Assembly: GCA_049324275.1 (NCBI GenBank) | Contig: JBMOLG010000010.1 | Span: forward strand, 70,266-134,265 | DNA from: Nanobdellota archaeon | Lineage (GTDB): Archaea > Nanobdellota > Nanobdellia > Pacearchaeales > GW2011-AR1 | Direction of reading: 5' to 3' | DNA length: 64,000 bases | Part shown: one piece after another, positions 1 through 8,792 of the stretch | How positions within the stretch are numbered: position 1 is the first letter of the stretch | Layout: each line of letters begins with the position of its first letter | Made by a program: the position numbers and the translations under genes | Notes under the pieces: generated by a model | What the model was told of the DNA's origin: nothing | The model's input: only the letters and a program-made list of their open reading frames with translations | Databases searched by the model: none

Positions 1-189
1 ATACCAGGCACAACACTTGTCTTGAGCAAAGATAATATGAATGGTTACATAAGCGCGATAAATATCAAGCAAAATAAAATTTTTGTCTATATTGATGGAT
101 TAACATATTCAAGGGGATATAACTTTTTCACAAAATATTCTGTTGAAAAAGATGAAGATGAAAATAAATTTTATATCTATATAAAATGA
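1..189 (+). CDS. Partial CDS (3' end), hypothetical; probably part of the pilin-like cluster
   Basis: Frame 1 is open from base 1 (IPGTTLVLSK...FYIYIK) to TGA at 187-189, with ATGA overlap onto the next gene. Confidence 0.7.
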   Translation: MPGTTLVLSKDNMNGYISAINIKQNKIFVYIDGLTYSRGYNFFTKYSVEKDEDENKFYIYIK

Positions 190-686
190 AAGAAGATAGA
201 TTCAACGAAAACAAAAGTTTCTTTCAAAATAAAAAAGCCGGAGGGGGAAGTGAAAGCTTATTGATGATTTTTAGGATAGTTTTGGTAAGCATTATAGCTT
301 TAATCATTTTGGGAAGTTCTGCCTATTTTTATGATTACTATATAAATGTAAGGGATAGTGAAGCAAATATTTTAGAAGAACAAATTTTAGATTGCGTCCT
401 AAAAAACGGAAATCTAATAGAGATCCCTAATGAATATAATCAAAACATTCTTGATTTTTGCAAAATAAAAAATAGCAATCAATTCTTTGTTAATGTAACT
501 ATTTATGATTCTGATTTCAATTCAATTAAACAATACATACAAGGGGATTCTGGTTTTACCTGGATTAGCACAGATAATACGAATGGAAAACATAAACTCG
601 GGCATAGCTTAAATCAAATGCCTATTTTCTTTGATGAAACTCGTGGAGAATTAAAAATAGAAATTTTTGTAAATCATGAATTTTAA
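186..686 (+). CDS. Class III signal-peptide (type IV pilin-like) membrane protein
   Basis: NKKA|GGGSE (Glu at +5) then a hydrophobic helix; in an operon with a prepilin peptidase. Confidence 0.7.
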   Translation: MKEDRFNENKSFFQNKKAGGGSESLLMIFRIVLVSIIALIILGSSAYFYDYYINVRDSEANILEEQILDCVLKNGNLIEIPNEYNQNILDFCKIKNSNQFFVNVTIYDSDFNSIKQYIQGDSGFTWISTDNTNGKHKLGHSLNQMPIFFDETRGELKIEIFVNHEF

Positions 687-1176
687 AAAAGCACAGGCCG
701 GAAGCATAATGATAACTTTGGTTGCGCTAATTGTAATCTTTGTTTGTCTTGGTACATTTGTTGCAGTTTCTTATGTCTTAAAAGAAAGTACAAATATTTA
801 TACGGGAACCAAAATTCAGAATGAACAAGTTAGATTTAATCAAGGTTATTTTATTTTAAATAATGCATTGAATTGCAAAATCAATCTTTATAATCATGAA
901 ATGTTGCTCAATGACGCATTGGTATTTTGGAATGAAAATAATATGGATAATTTGATAAATTCTATAGAAAATTTCAAATGCAATTATAACTTCATTGCGT
1001 TTAATGAAGAACTTATGCAGGGCTTTTTCTGTAATTCAGGAAGATGCACTAAGATGAGCAATGAAAATTTTTTCTGTGACGAGGGCGGATGCAACTTAAA
1101 AATTGAAGGGAACTTTCTTGAATTCCAATTATCCCCATTTAAAATTAAATTGTATGTAGATAAAAATGAAAAATAA
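676..1176 (+). CDS. Class III signal-peptide (type IV pilin-like) protein, Cys-rich
   Basis: MNFKKA|QAGSIMITLVALIVIFV; overlaps its neighbours. Confidence 0.75.
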   Translation: MNFKKAQAGSIMITLVALIVIFVCLGTFVAVSYVLKESTNIYTGTKIQNEQVRFNQGYFILNNALNCKINLYNHEMLLNDALVFWNENNMDNLINSIENFKCNYNFIAFNEELMQGFFCNSGRCTKMSNENFFCDEGGCNLKIEGNFLEFQLSPFKIKLYVDKNEK

Positions 1177-1786
1177 AAGAGCAACATTCTTCATGCTATA
1201 TCTAGCTTTCATGACTTTTTTTATGTGCTGTCTTGCATTGTCCATTTATATTGTTCAGCAAAAAAATTTAGCAAATTCTTTTGTTTCTCCCGCAGAACTT
1301 TTGGAATTAAAAGATAAGCAAAATCTAGCAGAAATCCAGGAAAAAAATATTATTTTAGCTTCGGCAAGAATTGCTTTATGCGAAAAGTTTTCTTTTGAAA
1401 ATAATGAATTCAAATGTTCTGAAAACCAAGAGTTTGGCTCAAAGGAATTTGAAAGAAAATTCAGGGAAAAATTTTTCTTTTACCTTTTGCAACCTGAACA
1501 GGAACAATTTAGAAATTTTTTATTTTCAGATTTTAAATATAAAGGCCAGGAGATAAAATTTGAAGACTTGGATGAATCAGGAAAGCAAAATTTTTTCAAT
1601 GACCTTTATTCTATGAGCTTTGATGAAAATAATCTTATTGTCAAAAGAAATGAGATTGAAAAATTGTATTCATTAAAAGCTTCTGAACGTGACAAGATTA
1701 ATTTTGCAATAGATGTAAACTATAAATATTCAAAAGAGTATAAATTAACTAAGGAGGAAATTGAAAATGGATTATGGATGCCCTGA
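1166..1786 (+). CDS. Class III signal-peptide (type IV pilin-like) protein
   Basis: MKNKRA|TFFMLYLAFMTFF hydrophobic N-terminus; overlaps the upstream gene. Confidence 0.7.
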   Translation: MKNKRATFFMLYLAFMTFFMCCLALSIYIVQQKNLANSFVSPAELLELKDKQNLAEIQEKNIILASARIALCEKFSFENNEFKCSENQEFGSKEFERKFREKFFFYLLQPEQEQFRNFLFSDFKYKGQEIKFEDLDESGKQNFFNDLYSMSFDENNLIVKRNEIEKLYSLKASERDKINFAIDVNYKYSKEYKLTKEEIENGLWMP

Positions 1787-1898
1787 CAGGAGAAAAACAA
1801 AAAAGGATTTGAAGAGAAAAAGAACTTTTAGAGTCTATAAAAAAGGCGGGGCTTTGAGGGCTGTAAAAATCGAGGAAAAGGAAGATAAAAAGAAATGA
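1767..1898 (+). CDS. Small basic protein, 43 aa (not in ORF track)
   Basis: MDYGCPDRRKTKKDLKRKRTFRVYKKGGALRAVKIEEKEDKKK*; AGGAGG at 1752-1757; ATGA overlap with the peptidase start; fills the gap exactly. Confidence 0.7.
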   Translation: MDYGCPDRRKTKKDLKRKRTFRVYKKGGALRAVKIEEKEDKKK

Positions 1899-2707
1899 TA
1901 TTTCTTACTTTTTTATTTCTAATAGGATTGATAATTGCGAGCCTGCAGGATTTAAAGAGAAGAGAAGTTGATAATTGGCTTAATATTTTATTAATTTTTT
2001 CCAGCTTTGCATTTATTTTTTTAAAAGCCGTCTTTAATTGGGATTATTCAATTGTAATATATGCGGGCTTTTCTTTAATGTTATTGTTCATCATAAGCAA
2101 CTTATTTTATTATGGCAGAGTCTTTGCAGGAGGAGATGCAAAATTGCTGTTTGCAATGTCTGCTTTTTTCATTGGCGCCAGTTGCATTGAAACTGCAAAA
2201 AATATTGGAGTTTTTATTGTGCTTTTATTAATTTCAGGAGGATTATGGGGATTGGCTTATTCTTTATTTTTATTCTTTAATAAATTTGAGAAAACCGGAA
2301 AAGAATTTTTGAAAATTTTTAATAATTCTTCTCTTAAGATTATATTTTTCCTAGGTATTTTCTGCCTGCCTTTGATCTTCTTAGACATTTTATTCCTGGT
2401 TCCTGTATTGTTATTGATATTATGGCCAATACTTTTCTGTTTTGCCAAATCTGTTGAAAATATTGGAATGATTAAAGAAACAGAAACAAAAAAATTAGTT
2501 GAAGGCGACTGGATAATTGACAATATAAAAGTCAATGGGAAAGTTATAAAGCCAAATTGGGAGGGTTTAAACTCTTCAGAGATTAAATTGTTAAAGAAAT
2601 ATAAGAGAAAAATCAAGGTCAAGGATGGGATACCTTTTGTTCCAGGATTTTTGATTGCATTTTTATTTTATTTATTCAGATTTGGAATTTTAAATTTGTT
2701 TCATTAG
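1895..2707 (+). CDS. Prepilin/preflagellin peptidase (A24 family, FlaK/PibD-like)
   Basis: Multi-TM; catalytic Asp motifs QDLKRREV and GGDAKL; C-terminal LVEGDWI...GIPFVP. Confidence 0.9.
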   Translation: MIFLTFLFLIGLIIASLQDLKRREVDNWLNILLIFSSFAFIFLKAVFNWDYSIVIYAGFSLMLLFIISNLFYYGRVFAGGDAKLLFAMSAFFIGASCIETAKNIGVFIVLLLISGGLWGLAYSLFLFFNKFEKTGKEFLKIFNNSSLKIIFFLGIFCLPLIFLDILFLVPVLLLILWPILFCFAKSVENIGMIKETETKKLVEGDWIIDNIKVNGKVIKPNWEGLNSSEIKLLKKYKRKIKVKDGIPFVPGFLIAFLFYLFRFGILNLFH

Positions 2708-2772
2708 AATCAAATATTTGATAATGATTTTAAAATATAAATCTTTATAAATCCAGAATTTACAATTGGATT

Positions 2773-3024
2773 ATGGCTTGTGATTATGATGCGATAAGAA
2801 CTGAATATAAAGATGTATTGTATCATCATGAAAGAAGCAGAAGGGCAGATATAGCACTAAATCTATTTGATAATTTATTCAGTGCACTCAAAAATGATAC
2901 AGATTTTCAAAGATTATATTCTAATTTCCAAAATCGAATGACTCCAAATTTTGTGGAGCTTGGGCCAAGTGAGATAATGAGCCGCTTGGAATCGAGCATT
3001 GATTATGTAAGGAGTAACAAATAA
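2773..3024 (+). CDS. Hypothetical protein, paralog of the N-terminus of the next gene
   Basis: TATA-like TTTATAAA about 25 nt upstream; sequence similarity to 3122..3997. Confidence 0.65.
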   Translation: MACDYDAIRTEYKDVLYHHERSRRADIALNLFDNLFSALKNDTDFQRLYSNFQNRMTPNFVELGPSEIMSRLESSIDYVRSNK

Positions 3025-3121
3025 TACTATTTATATGAAAAAATTTAGCTGGGGATTTTGTTTACTATTATCTAGTAATAATAATTACAAAGATTTATAA
3101 ATTTTAAAATCTTGAAGTTTT

Positions 3122-3997
3122 ATGGCATATGATTATCGTTTGGTCGAGAGAGAATATAGATCAAGAGTTAATAATTATGGTAAAAAAATGCCGATTCAAA
3201 CTGCAATTGGTATTTTTGATAATACTCTTCGATTTTTGCGTGCTGATAGCCCTGAGCTTGTTGAGTTATCTGAAAATTTTTCAGAAAGATTGAGGTTGAT
3301 TTCAATAGTAAATCCTCGTGAACTTTCTCAAAAAGAGATTTTCGAGATTTTTGATTCTAGCATAAAAGATTTAGAAAGCTGTGAAGAAAGGTCTGCTGAT
3401 GATTTAATCAGAAAAATTGAGAGAAATAAGGAACAAAAGCCAATTCAATCAAAAACTGAAACAATAGAGGATGTTATCAGGGAAGTTTCTTCAAATCAAA
3501 AATATGTTCATTATTGTTTTGGCAAGGCTTTGTCTATGGATTTTACAGCATTTCCTTATAAAGGAAATTTGAGTTTTCATCCTGACATTTTTTGTTCCCC
3601 TGCAAGCAGAGAGCTTTTTTATAAAAAAAATAAGAGATTTCCTCTAGATAGAGATGATCTTTTGGACAGAGAAGAAGTATGGAAAGACTCTAAGAGCCTT
3701 GATGATTATGATGGCATTAATCATCAATTTGAGGCAATGATTAAAGGAAGCTTTATAGGGGGTTCTTATGCTTTTAGATTATATTATCCTGAAAATAATT
3801 TAGACAATCGCCCTGGATGCTTTACTTCTTATGCCCTGCTTATTCCGAAAGATAAAATTTCCAAGGCAAGAATTATTTCTCAAAATCCTGATAGCCTGAT
3901 AAAATTATTTCAGAAAATTTTTCCACAATACGATAATGGAAAAGAGAGATTAAAAATTCGATATGATTATCCAAACTCTATTGATATCAAATTTTAA
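3122..3997 (+). CDS. Hypothetical protein
   Basis: 291-aa ORF with TTTATAAA promoter upstream. Confidence 0.75.
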   Translation: MAYDYRLVEREYRSRVNNYGKKMPIQTAIGIFDNTLRFLRADSPELVELSENFSERLRLISIVNPRELSQKEIFEIFDSSIKDLESCEERSADDLIRKIERNKEQKPIQSKTETIEDVIREVSSNQKYVHYCFGKALSMDFTAFPYKGNLSFHPDIFCSPASRELFYKKNKRFPLDRDDLLDREEVWKDSKSLDDYDGINHQFEAMIKGSFIGGSYAFRLYYPENNLDNRPGCFTSYALLIPKDKISKARIISQNPDSLIKLFQKIFPQYDNGKERLKIRYDYPNSIDIKF

Positions 3998-4614
3998 GGA
4001 ATTCTAGCTTTGAATTTTGCCAGATTTTCAGTCTCTTTTTTTACGGGCTCTTTTTTTATCTCCACCGGCTTTGGCTCTTCTTCAAATAAGTCTTTTTGCA
4101 ATTTGGCAAGCTCTTCTTCTGATGCTTTTTTTCTCTCTTTTTCATCGCCATAGAGCGGGAGAATTTCAAGCAAGGCATGATTAAAAATGTTTAAGCTTGA
4201 AATTCTTATTTCTTTTGGATTATATTTTTCCCTGATTTTCTTAGCAAATTTTTTTGCAATTTCAAATGAAGAATTTGGGATATTTTCCAGAATTGAATGA
4301 TTCTTTGGCACAATCAAGCAATGCCCTTTGCTTAATGGATTCAACTCAAGGATTGCTATGTTTTCTTTATTTTCATATATTTTGTAAGATTTTACTTTTC
4401 CGTTTACAATTGAACAGAATATGCATTGCTGGCCAATTTGATTATTTTGGTTTGAATCGGGAATCAGTCCATTTTGCTGAAGAAACTCTTCAAATTCATT
4501 TGCATCCATTTCCAAGACTTGCTGTTCAATCTGTGCTCTTTTGTCCTCTGGAAAATGCGCAATTTGTTTTAGAAGCTGTTCTTTCAATTGGTTGGCCTGT
4601 TCTTCTGTGAGCAT
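3994..4614 (-). CDS. HIT-family protein with N-terminal helical extension and degenerate triad
   Basis: CIFCSIV..KIYE..AILELNPLSKGHCLIVPKNH; triad region reads NHALLEILP. Confidence 0.85.
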   Translation of the reverse strand: MLTEEQANQLKEQLLKQIAHFPEDKRAQIEQQVLEMDANEFEEFLQQNGLIPDSNQNNQIGQQCIFCSIVNGKVKSYKIYENKENIAILELNPLSKGHCLIVPKNHSILENIPNSSFEIAKKFAKKIREKYNPKEIRISSLNIFNHALLEILPLYGDEKERKKASEEELAKLQKDLFEEEPKPVEIKKEPVKKETENLAKFKARIP

Positions 4615-4652
4615 TTTTTTATTAGAAGTCTTGTTATTATAAGTGTTTTGGT

Positions 4653-4925
4653 TTAGCCAATCGCTCTTCTATAATCCAAAATTTCGACAGAAGAAACCCC
4701 TTTAATCTTGGAAAAAATATTTTCAATGAGGTCTGTATCTTTTTCCTCTGGCCATGCCATTGTTGCAATCAACGCCTTTAATCCGAATGCAATTGGCTCT
4801 TCTTCAAAAGATGTTATGACCCCGCCTTGTTCTTTTATTTTTTTTGTTCCTGATTTTTTAATAGAATCCAAGTCTGTATCTAAATCTTCAGGCATTATCT
4901 TTAATTTGATTGCTACAGTTGCCAT
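4653..4925 (-). CDS. ef1b: Translation elongation factor aEF-1beta
   Basis: KIMPED..DL..EEEPIAFGLKAL signature. Confidence 0.95.
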   Translation of the reverse strand: MATVAIKLKIMPEDLDTDLDSIKKSGTKKIKEQGGVITSFEEEPIAFGLKALIATMAWPEEKDTDLIENIFSKIKGVSSVEILDYRRAIG

Positions 4926-5069
4926 TTAAGGTCCGGAATATCCGCAATGTGAGCATTTATATTCAATTGAAAGAGTTCTGCATTTCTTGCATCTGAATAA
5001 TTCCTTTCCACATTCCGGGCATGGGAATTTTACTCCTGCGGTATTTTCTCCACAACTTATGCATTCCAT
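4926..5069 (-). CDS. Zn-ribbon small protein (DUF1610/HVO_2753-like); start revised to MECISC
   Basis: CxxC..FPCPECG..RCKKCR..YKCSHCGYSGP; conserved position upstream of ef1b. Confidence 0.9.
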   Translation of the reverse strand: MECISCGENTAGVKFPCPECGKELFRCKKCRTLSIEYKCSHCGYSGP

Positions 5070-5163
5070 AAGAGGTAAGAGAAATATTGGTTTATAAGGC
5101 TTTTGCTGATAAAAATTGCTAAATCTCAACAATACTTAAAAAGCCTGAATCTCTAATTTTTTC

Positions 5164-6102
5164 ATGCAAAATTATGATTTGTTGATAGAGAGGATATCAA
5201 AATTGTCTGGGATAAGCAAACAAGAGGTTGAGCAAAGAATTGAGGCGAAAAAAGCCAAACTTTCAGGCTTGATTTCAAAAGAAGGTGCTGCACAAATTAT
5301 TGCTGCAGAATTAGGCGTCAATCTTGATAATGTTCCACTTAAGATTTCAGAATTGATGGTCGGAATGAAAAAAGTAAATTTAATCGGAAAGATTATCAAT
5401 TTATTTCCTGTTAAAGAATACAATAAGAATAATAAACAGGGAAAAATCGGAAGTTTTATCCTCGCAGACCAAACCGGAAATTTAAGGGTTGTTTTGTGGG
5501 ACACGAATCATATAGAACTAATTGAAAATAATAAAATCAACGTAAATGATGTAGTTGAAATTAAAAATGGGGCTATGCGGGAAAATGAACTTCATTTGTC
5601 TGGTTTTTCTGAAATTAAAAAATCTAATTTAATGATAGAAAATGTCAAGGTTGAAAGGGATTTTTGCGAGAAAGAAATCATAGCAATCCAGCAAGGGCAA
5701 AACGTTACAATAAGAGCGGTTGTGGTTCAAATGTTTAATCCAAGATTTTTTAATGTATGCCCTGAATGCGGAAAGAAAGCAGTTGAAGAATCAGATGGAT
5801 TTAAATGCGACGCTCATGGGAAAGTTAGCCCTAAGGAAAGGGCATTAGTTAATATTGTCCTTGATGACGGAAGCGAGACAATAAGGGCAGTCCTATTTTC
5901 AGACCATATACAAAAAATAGCAGGAAATGAAGATTTAAAAGACCCTGAAAAGATTTCGGCATTCAGAGATAATCTTTTGGGCGAAGAATTAATCATAAAA
6001 GGATTAGTAAAGAAGAATCAATTATTCAATAATCTTGAATTGAGTGTTTCTGATTTGAATAAAGCGAATGTCGATGATTTGATTCAGAATTTGGAAGCTT
6101 AG
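5164..6102 (+). CDS. rpa: Replication protein A (OB-fold ssDNA-binding, with Zn finger)
   Basis: N-terminal LSGLISKEGAAQIIA, OB fold (ADQTGNLRVVLWD), CPECGKK Zn ribbon, LDDGSETIRAVLF. Confidence 0.9.
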   Translation: MQNYDLLIERISKLSGISKQEVEQRIEAKKAKLSGLISKEGAAQIIAAELGVNLDNVPLKISELMVGMKKVNLIGKIINLFPVKEYNKNNKQGKIGSFILADQTGNLRVVLWDTNHIELIENNKINVNDVVEIKNGAMRENELHLSGFSEIKKSNLMIENVKVERDFCEKEIIAIQQGQNVTIRAVVVQMFNPRFFNVCPECGKKAVEESDGFKCDAHGKVSPKERALVNIVLDDGSETIRAVLFSDHIQKIAGNEDLKDPEKISAFRDNLLGEELIIKGLVKKNQLFNNLELSVSDLNKANVDDLIQNLEA

Positions 6103-6197
6103 ATATTTAAATTAAATCTAAAATAATCTAATTTGGAATTAAGATTTTCAGGCATTCCTGCATGAATCAACATGTAACTTAATCATCTAATTAAATT

Positions 6198-6461
6198 CTA
6201 ATAATTGTTTGGTCTGTTATACTCAATTCCAAATGTTGAATAAAAATCATGCTTTAATTCCTCTATTTTTGGCTTTAAACAAAAATATCCTGTTGCAGAG
6301 ATGGCTGCAACTAGGGCTATCAAAACAACTTTATCCTTAAGAGATGATATTTTATAGCTTTCTCTTTCAAGGCGTGCTTCTCTTATCGCATTATGTGAAT
6401 TTATGATTTGTTCTAAAAATATCGGTGAATATTCTTTTCTTTCCATAACATTTCTGGGCAT
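6198..6461 (-). CDS. Hypothetical single-TM protein
   Basis: 87 aa with one hydrophobic helix; TTTATAAA upstream on the minus strand. Confidence 0.6.
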   Translation of the reverse strand: MPRNVMERKEYSPIFLEQIINSHNAIREARLERESYKISSLKDKVVLIALVAAISATGYFCLKPKIEELKHDFYSTFGIEYNRPNNY

Positions 6462-6573
6462 AGGGAGTTTATAAATATTTTATTACTTAAGAGTAACATT
6501 TAATTTGATAAACATTCTGATATAAAAAATAAAATATAAAAATCAGATTAGTTATTATGTTCTGAGGTGATTT

Positions 6574-7026
6574 ATGTTATTAAGAACTCATTTAGTCTTT
6601 TCTATCTTTATTTATGCCTTGCTATTTAATTTTCTTGAAAAAAAATTTTTATTTTTTTTATTCTTAATTTTTGCTGTTTGTATTGTAGATATTGATTCAA
6701 AAAATTCCAAGGCAGGAAAAAGCGTTTTATTCCGGCCAATCCAATTTTTTACAAAACATAGGGGGGCCTTTCATACTCTGCTTTTTTGTCTTATTTTTTC
6801 TGCAATCTTTTATTTTGCTGACAAGAATGCAGGCTTAGGTTTTTTTGTGGGTTATATGTCTCATTTAATTTTGGATTGTTTTACAAAATCAGGGATAAAA
6901 TTATTTTGGCCAATTTCAAATTTAAAATTTGGCTTGGGGGTTAAATCCGGAGGGTTGATTGAAGAAATATGCTTTGTTTTACTATTTCTTGTTGATATAG
7001 GATTATTTGTCAAACTTATGATCTAG
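6574..7026 (+). CDS. Membrane metal-dependent hydrolase (YdjM-like)
   Basis: RTH, DID, HRGAFHT, SHLILD..T..GI..FWP motifs. Confidence 0.9.
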   Translation: MLLRTHLVFSIFIYALLFNFLEKKFLFFLFLIFAVCIVDIDSKNSKAGKSVLFRPIQFFTKHRGAFHTLLFCLIFSAIFYFADKNAGLGFFVGYMSHLILDCFTKSGIKLFWPISNLKFGLGVKSGGLIEEICFVLLFLVDIGLFVKLMI

Positions 7027-7109
7027 TCTGTTAAACATTCAGAATAAATAAAGATATTTTGATTTGATTGTTTCCAAAAATATAAATCTTTATAAAAAGA
7101 TTTCTTATA

Positions 7110-8165
7110 ATGAGTTTAATGGCTGATGAGATTGATGAGACTAAAAATTCTGCTGGTAACAGTGAAACAAAAAATTCTAAGGAAAAAGTAAAAAAAGATG
7201 TTAAAGAAGAGAAAAGCGAGCCTCAATTAACTGATTTGCCCGGGATTGGGCCAGGCACTGCTGCAAAACTTGAAGCTGCAGGAATTTTTGATTTGATGGG
7301 GTTGGCTGTTATGGGGCCATCAGAATTATCAGAGCTAGCTGGTTTAGGTGAAGCTGGCGCACGAAAAGCAATTCAGGCAGCTAGGAAAATGATGAACTTG
7401 GGATTTTCCGACGGGCTTGAATATGCGCAAAAAAGAAAAGAACTTTTTAATATTTCTACTGGATCTAAAAATGTAGATGGACTTCTGGGTGGAAAAGGGA
7501 TTGAGACAAAATCCATAACTGAGGCTTTCGGGGCTTTTGGCTCCGGCAAGACTCAGTTGGCCTTGTCTCTTGCTGTTAATGTTCAGCTTCCTGTTGAGAA
7601 AGGCGGGGCTAATGGGAAGGCAGTCTATATAGATACTGAAGGGACTTTCAGGCCTGAAAGAATAAAACAAATTGCAGAAGGAATTGAAGCAAATCCACAA
7701 AAGGTCCTGAAAAATATATTTGTTGCGAGAGCATTTAATTCGGATCATCAGATTTTGTTGTTGGACAAGATTACAGAAATGATAAAAGATGGTGAGCCCA
7801 TTAGATTAATCATAATAGATTCTTTAACAGCACATTTTAGGGCTGAGTTTTCCGGAAGAGGGCAATTAGCAGACAGGCAACAAAGATTAAACAGATATTT
7901 GCATCAGCTAATGAAATTGGCTGAACAACATAATGTTGCGGTCTATGTTACTAATCAAGTAATGGCAAATCCTGCCCAATTGTTTGGAGACCCAACGCAA
8001 GCCGTTGGAGGGAATATTGTAGGCCATGCATGCACATATAGAATGTATGTAAGAAGAGGAAAAAAGGACTCGCGTGTTGCAAAATTAATTGACAGCCCAA
8101 ACCTGCCGGATAATGAAACTGTTTTTATGATAACTGAACATGGTTTGGCTGATGTAGAGGTATAA
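7110..8165 (+). CDS. radA: DNA repair and recombination protein RadA
   Basis: HhH N-domain (LPGIGP), Walker A GAFGSGKTQ, YIDTEGTFRPERI, IIDSLTAHFRAEF. Confidence 0.98.
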   Translation: MSLMADEIDETKNSAGNSETKNSKEKVKKDVKEEKSEPQLTDLPGIGPGTAAKLEAAGIFDLMGLAVMGPSELSELAGLGEAGARKAIQAARKMMNLGFSDGLEYAQKRKELFNISTGSKNVDGLLGGKGIETKSITEAFGAFGSGKTQLALSLAVNVQLPVEKGGANGKAVYIDTEGTFRPERIKQIAEGIEANPQKVLKNIFVARAFNSDHQILLLDKITEMIKDGEPIRLIIIDSLTAHFRAEFSGRGQLADRQQRLNRYLHQLMKLAEQHNVAVYVTNQVMANPAQLFGDPTQAVGGNIVGHACTYRMYVRRGKKDSRVAKLIDSPNLPDNETVFMITEHGLADVEV

Positions 8166-8166
8166 A

Positions 8167-8445
8167 ATGAAGCGAACAATAGAGTATTCATTTGAAATTA
8201 AAGATACTCTGTTGTTGTACGGCATTGGAGAAATTGAGCGCATTAGAAAAGAATTAAAGAATATTATTGAATTATCTGGCTTTGCGATTAATGAGTTGGA
8301 TGATCCGAAAAAAGGCATTGTTCAAAAAATTTTAAAAGATGGAGTTGAGTTGGGAGAAATAACATATAAGGGTGTTTCTATATATAATGAGCACAGCGAT
8401 GGATTATTAGCGCTATTATCTTCATATAATCCTAATAAAAAATGA
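8167..8445 (+). CDS. Hypothetical protein
   Basis: 92-aa ORF packed between radA and the VanZ gene. Confidence 0.65.
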   Translation: MKRTIEYSFEIKDTLLLYGIGEIERIRKELKNIIELSGFAINELDDPKKGIVQKILKDGVELGEITYKGVSIYNEHSDGLLALLSSYNPNKK

Positions 8446-8792
8446 AAGCTTATCAAAAATTCTCATTTTTTTGTGCCATATTGACCGGTGCAATAATTTT
8501 TTATATGTCTTCATTGAGCATTGCGTCTGGTTCCGGAGGTTTTGCCATGCTTCCTTTTCTTTATCATTTTGGGATATTTTTTTTATTAGGATTTTTTCTT
8601 TTCTTGGCATTTAATAGCAAAAAAAATTTTTATTTTATAATTTTTTTAATTTGCTTTTCTTATGCGGGGCTTGATGAAATTCATCAGCTTTTTGTTCCTG
8701 GAAGAGCTTGTGATATTTTTGATTTTTTTGTTGATTCTTTCGGGATTATAAGCAGTTTTATTTTTTTAAAACTTGAAAATATTTTTAAATAA
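8442..8792 (+). CDS. VanZ-family membrane protein
   Basis: HFGIF..YAGLDEIHQLFVPGR..D..D motif. Confidence 0.9.
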   Translation: MKAYQKFSFFCAILTGAIIFYMSSLSIASGSGGFAMLPFLYHFGIFFLLGFFLFLAFNSKKNFYFIIFLICFSYAGLDEIHQLFVPGRACDIFDFFVDSFGIISSFIFLKLENIFK

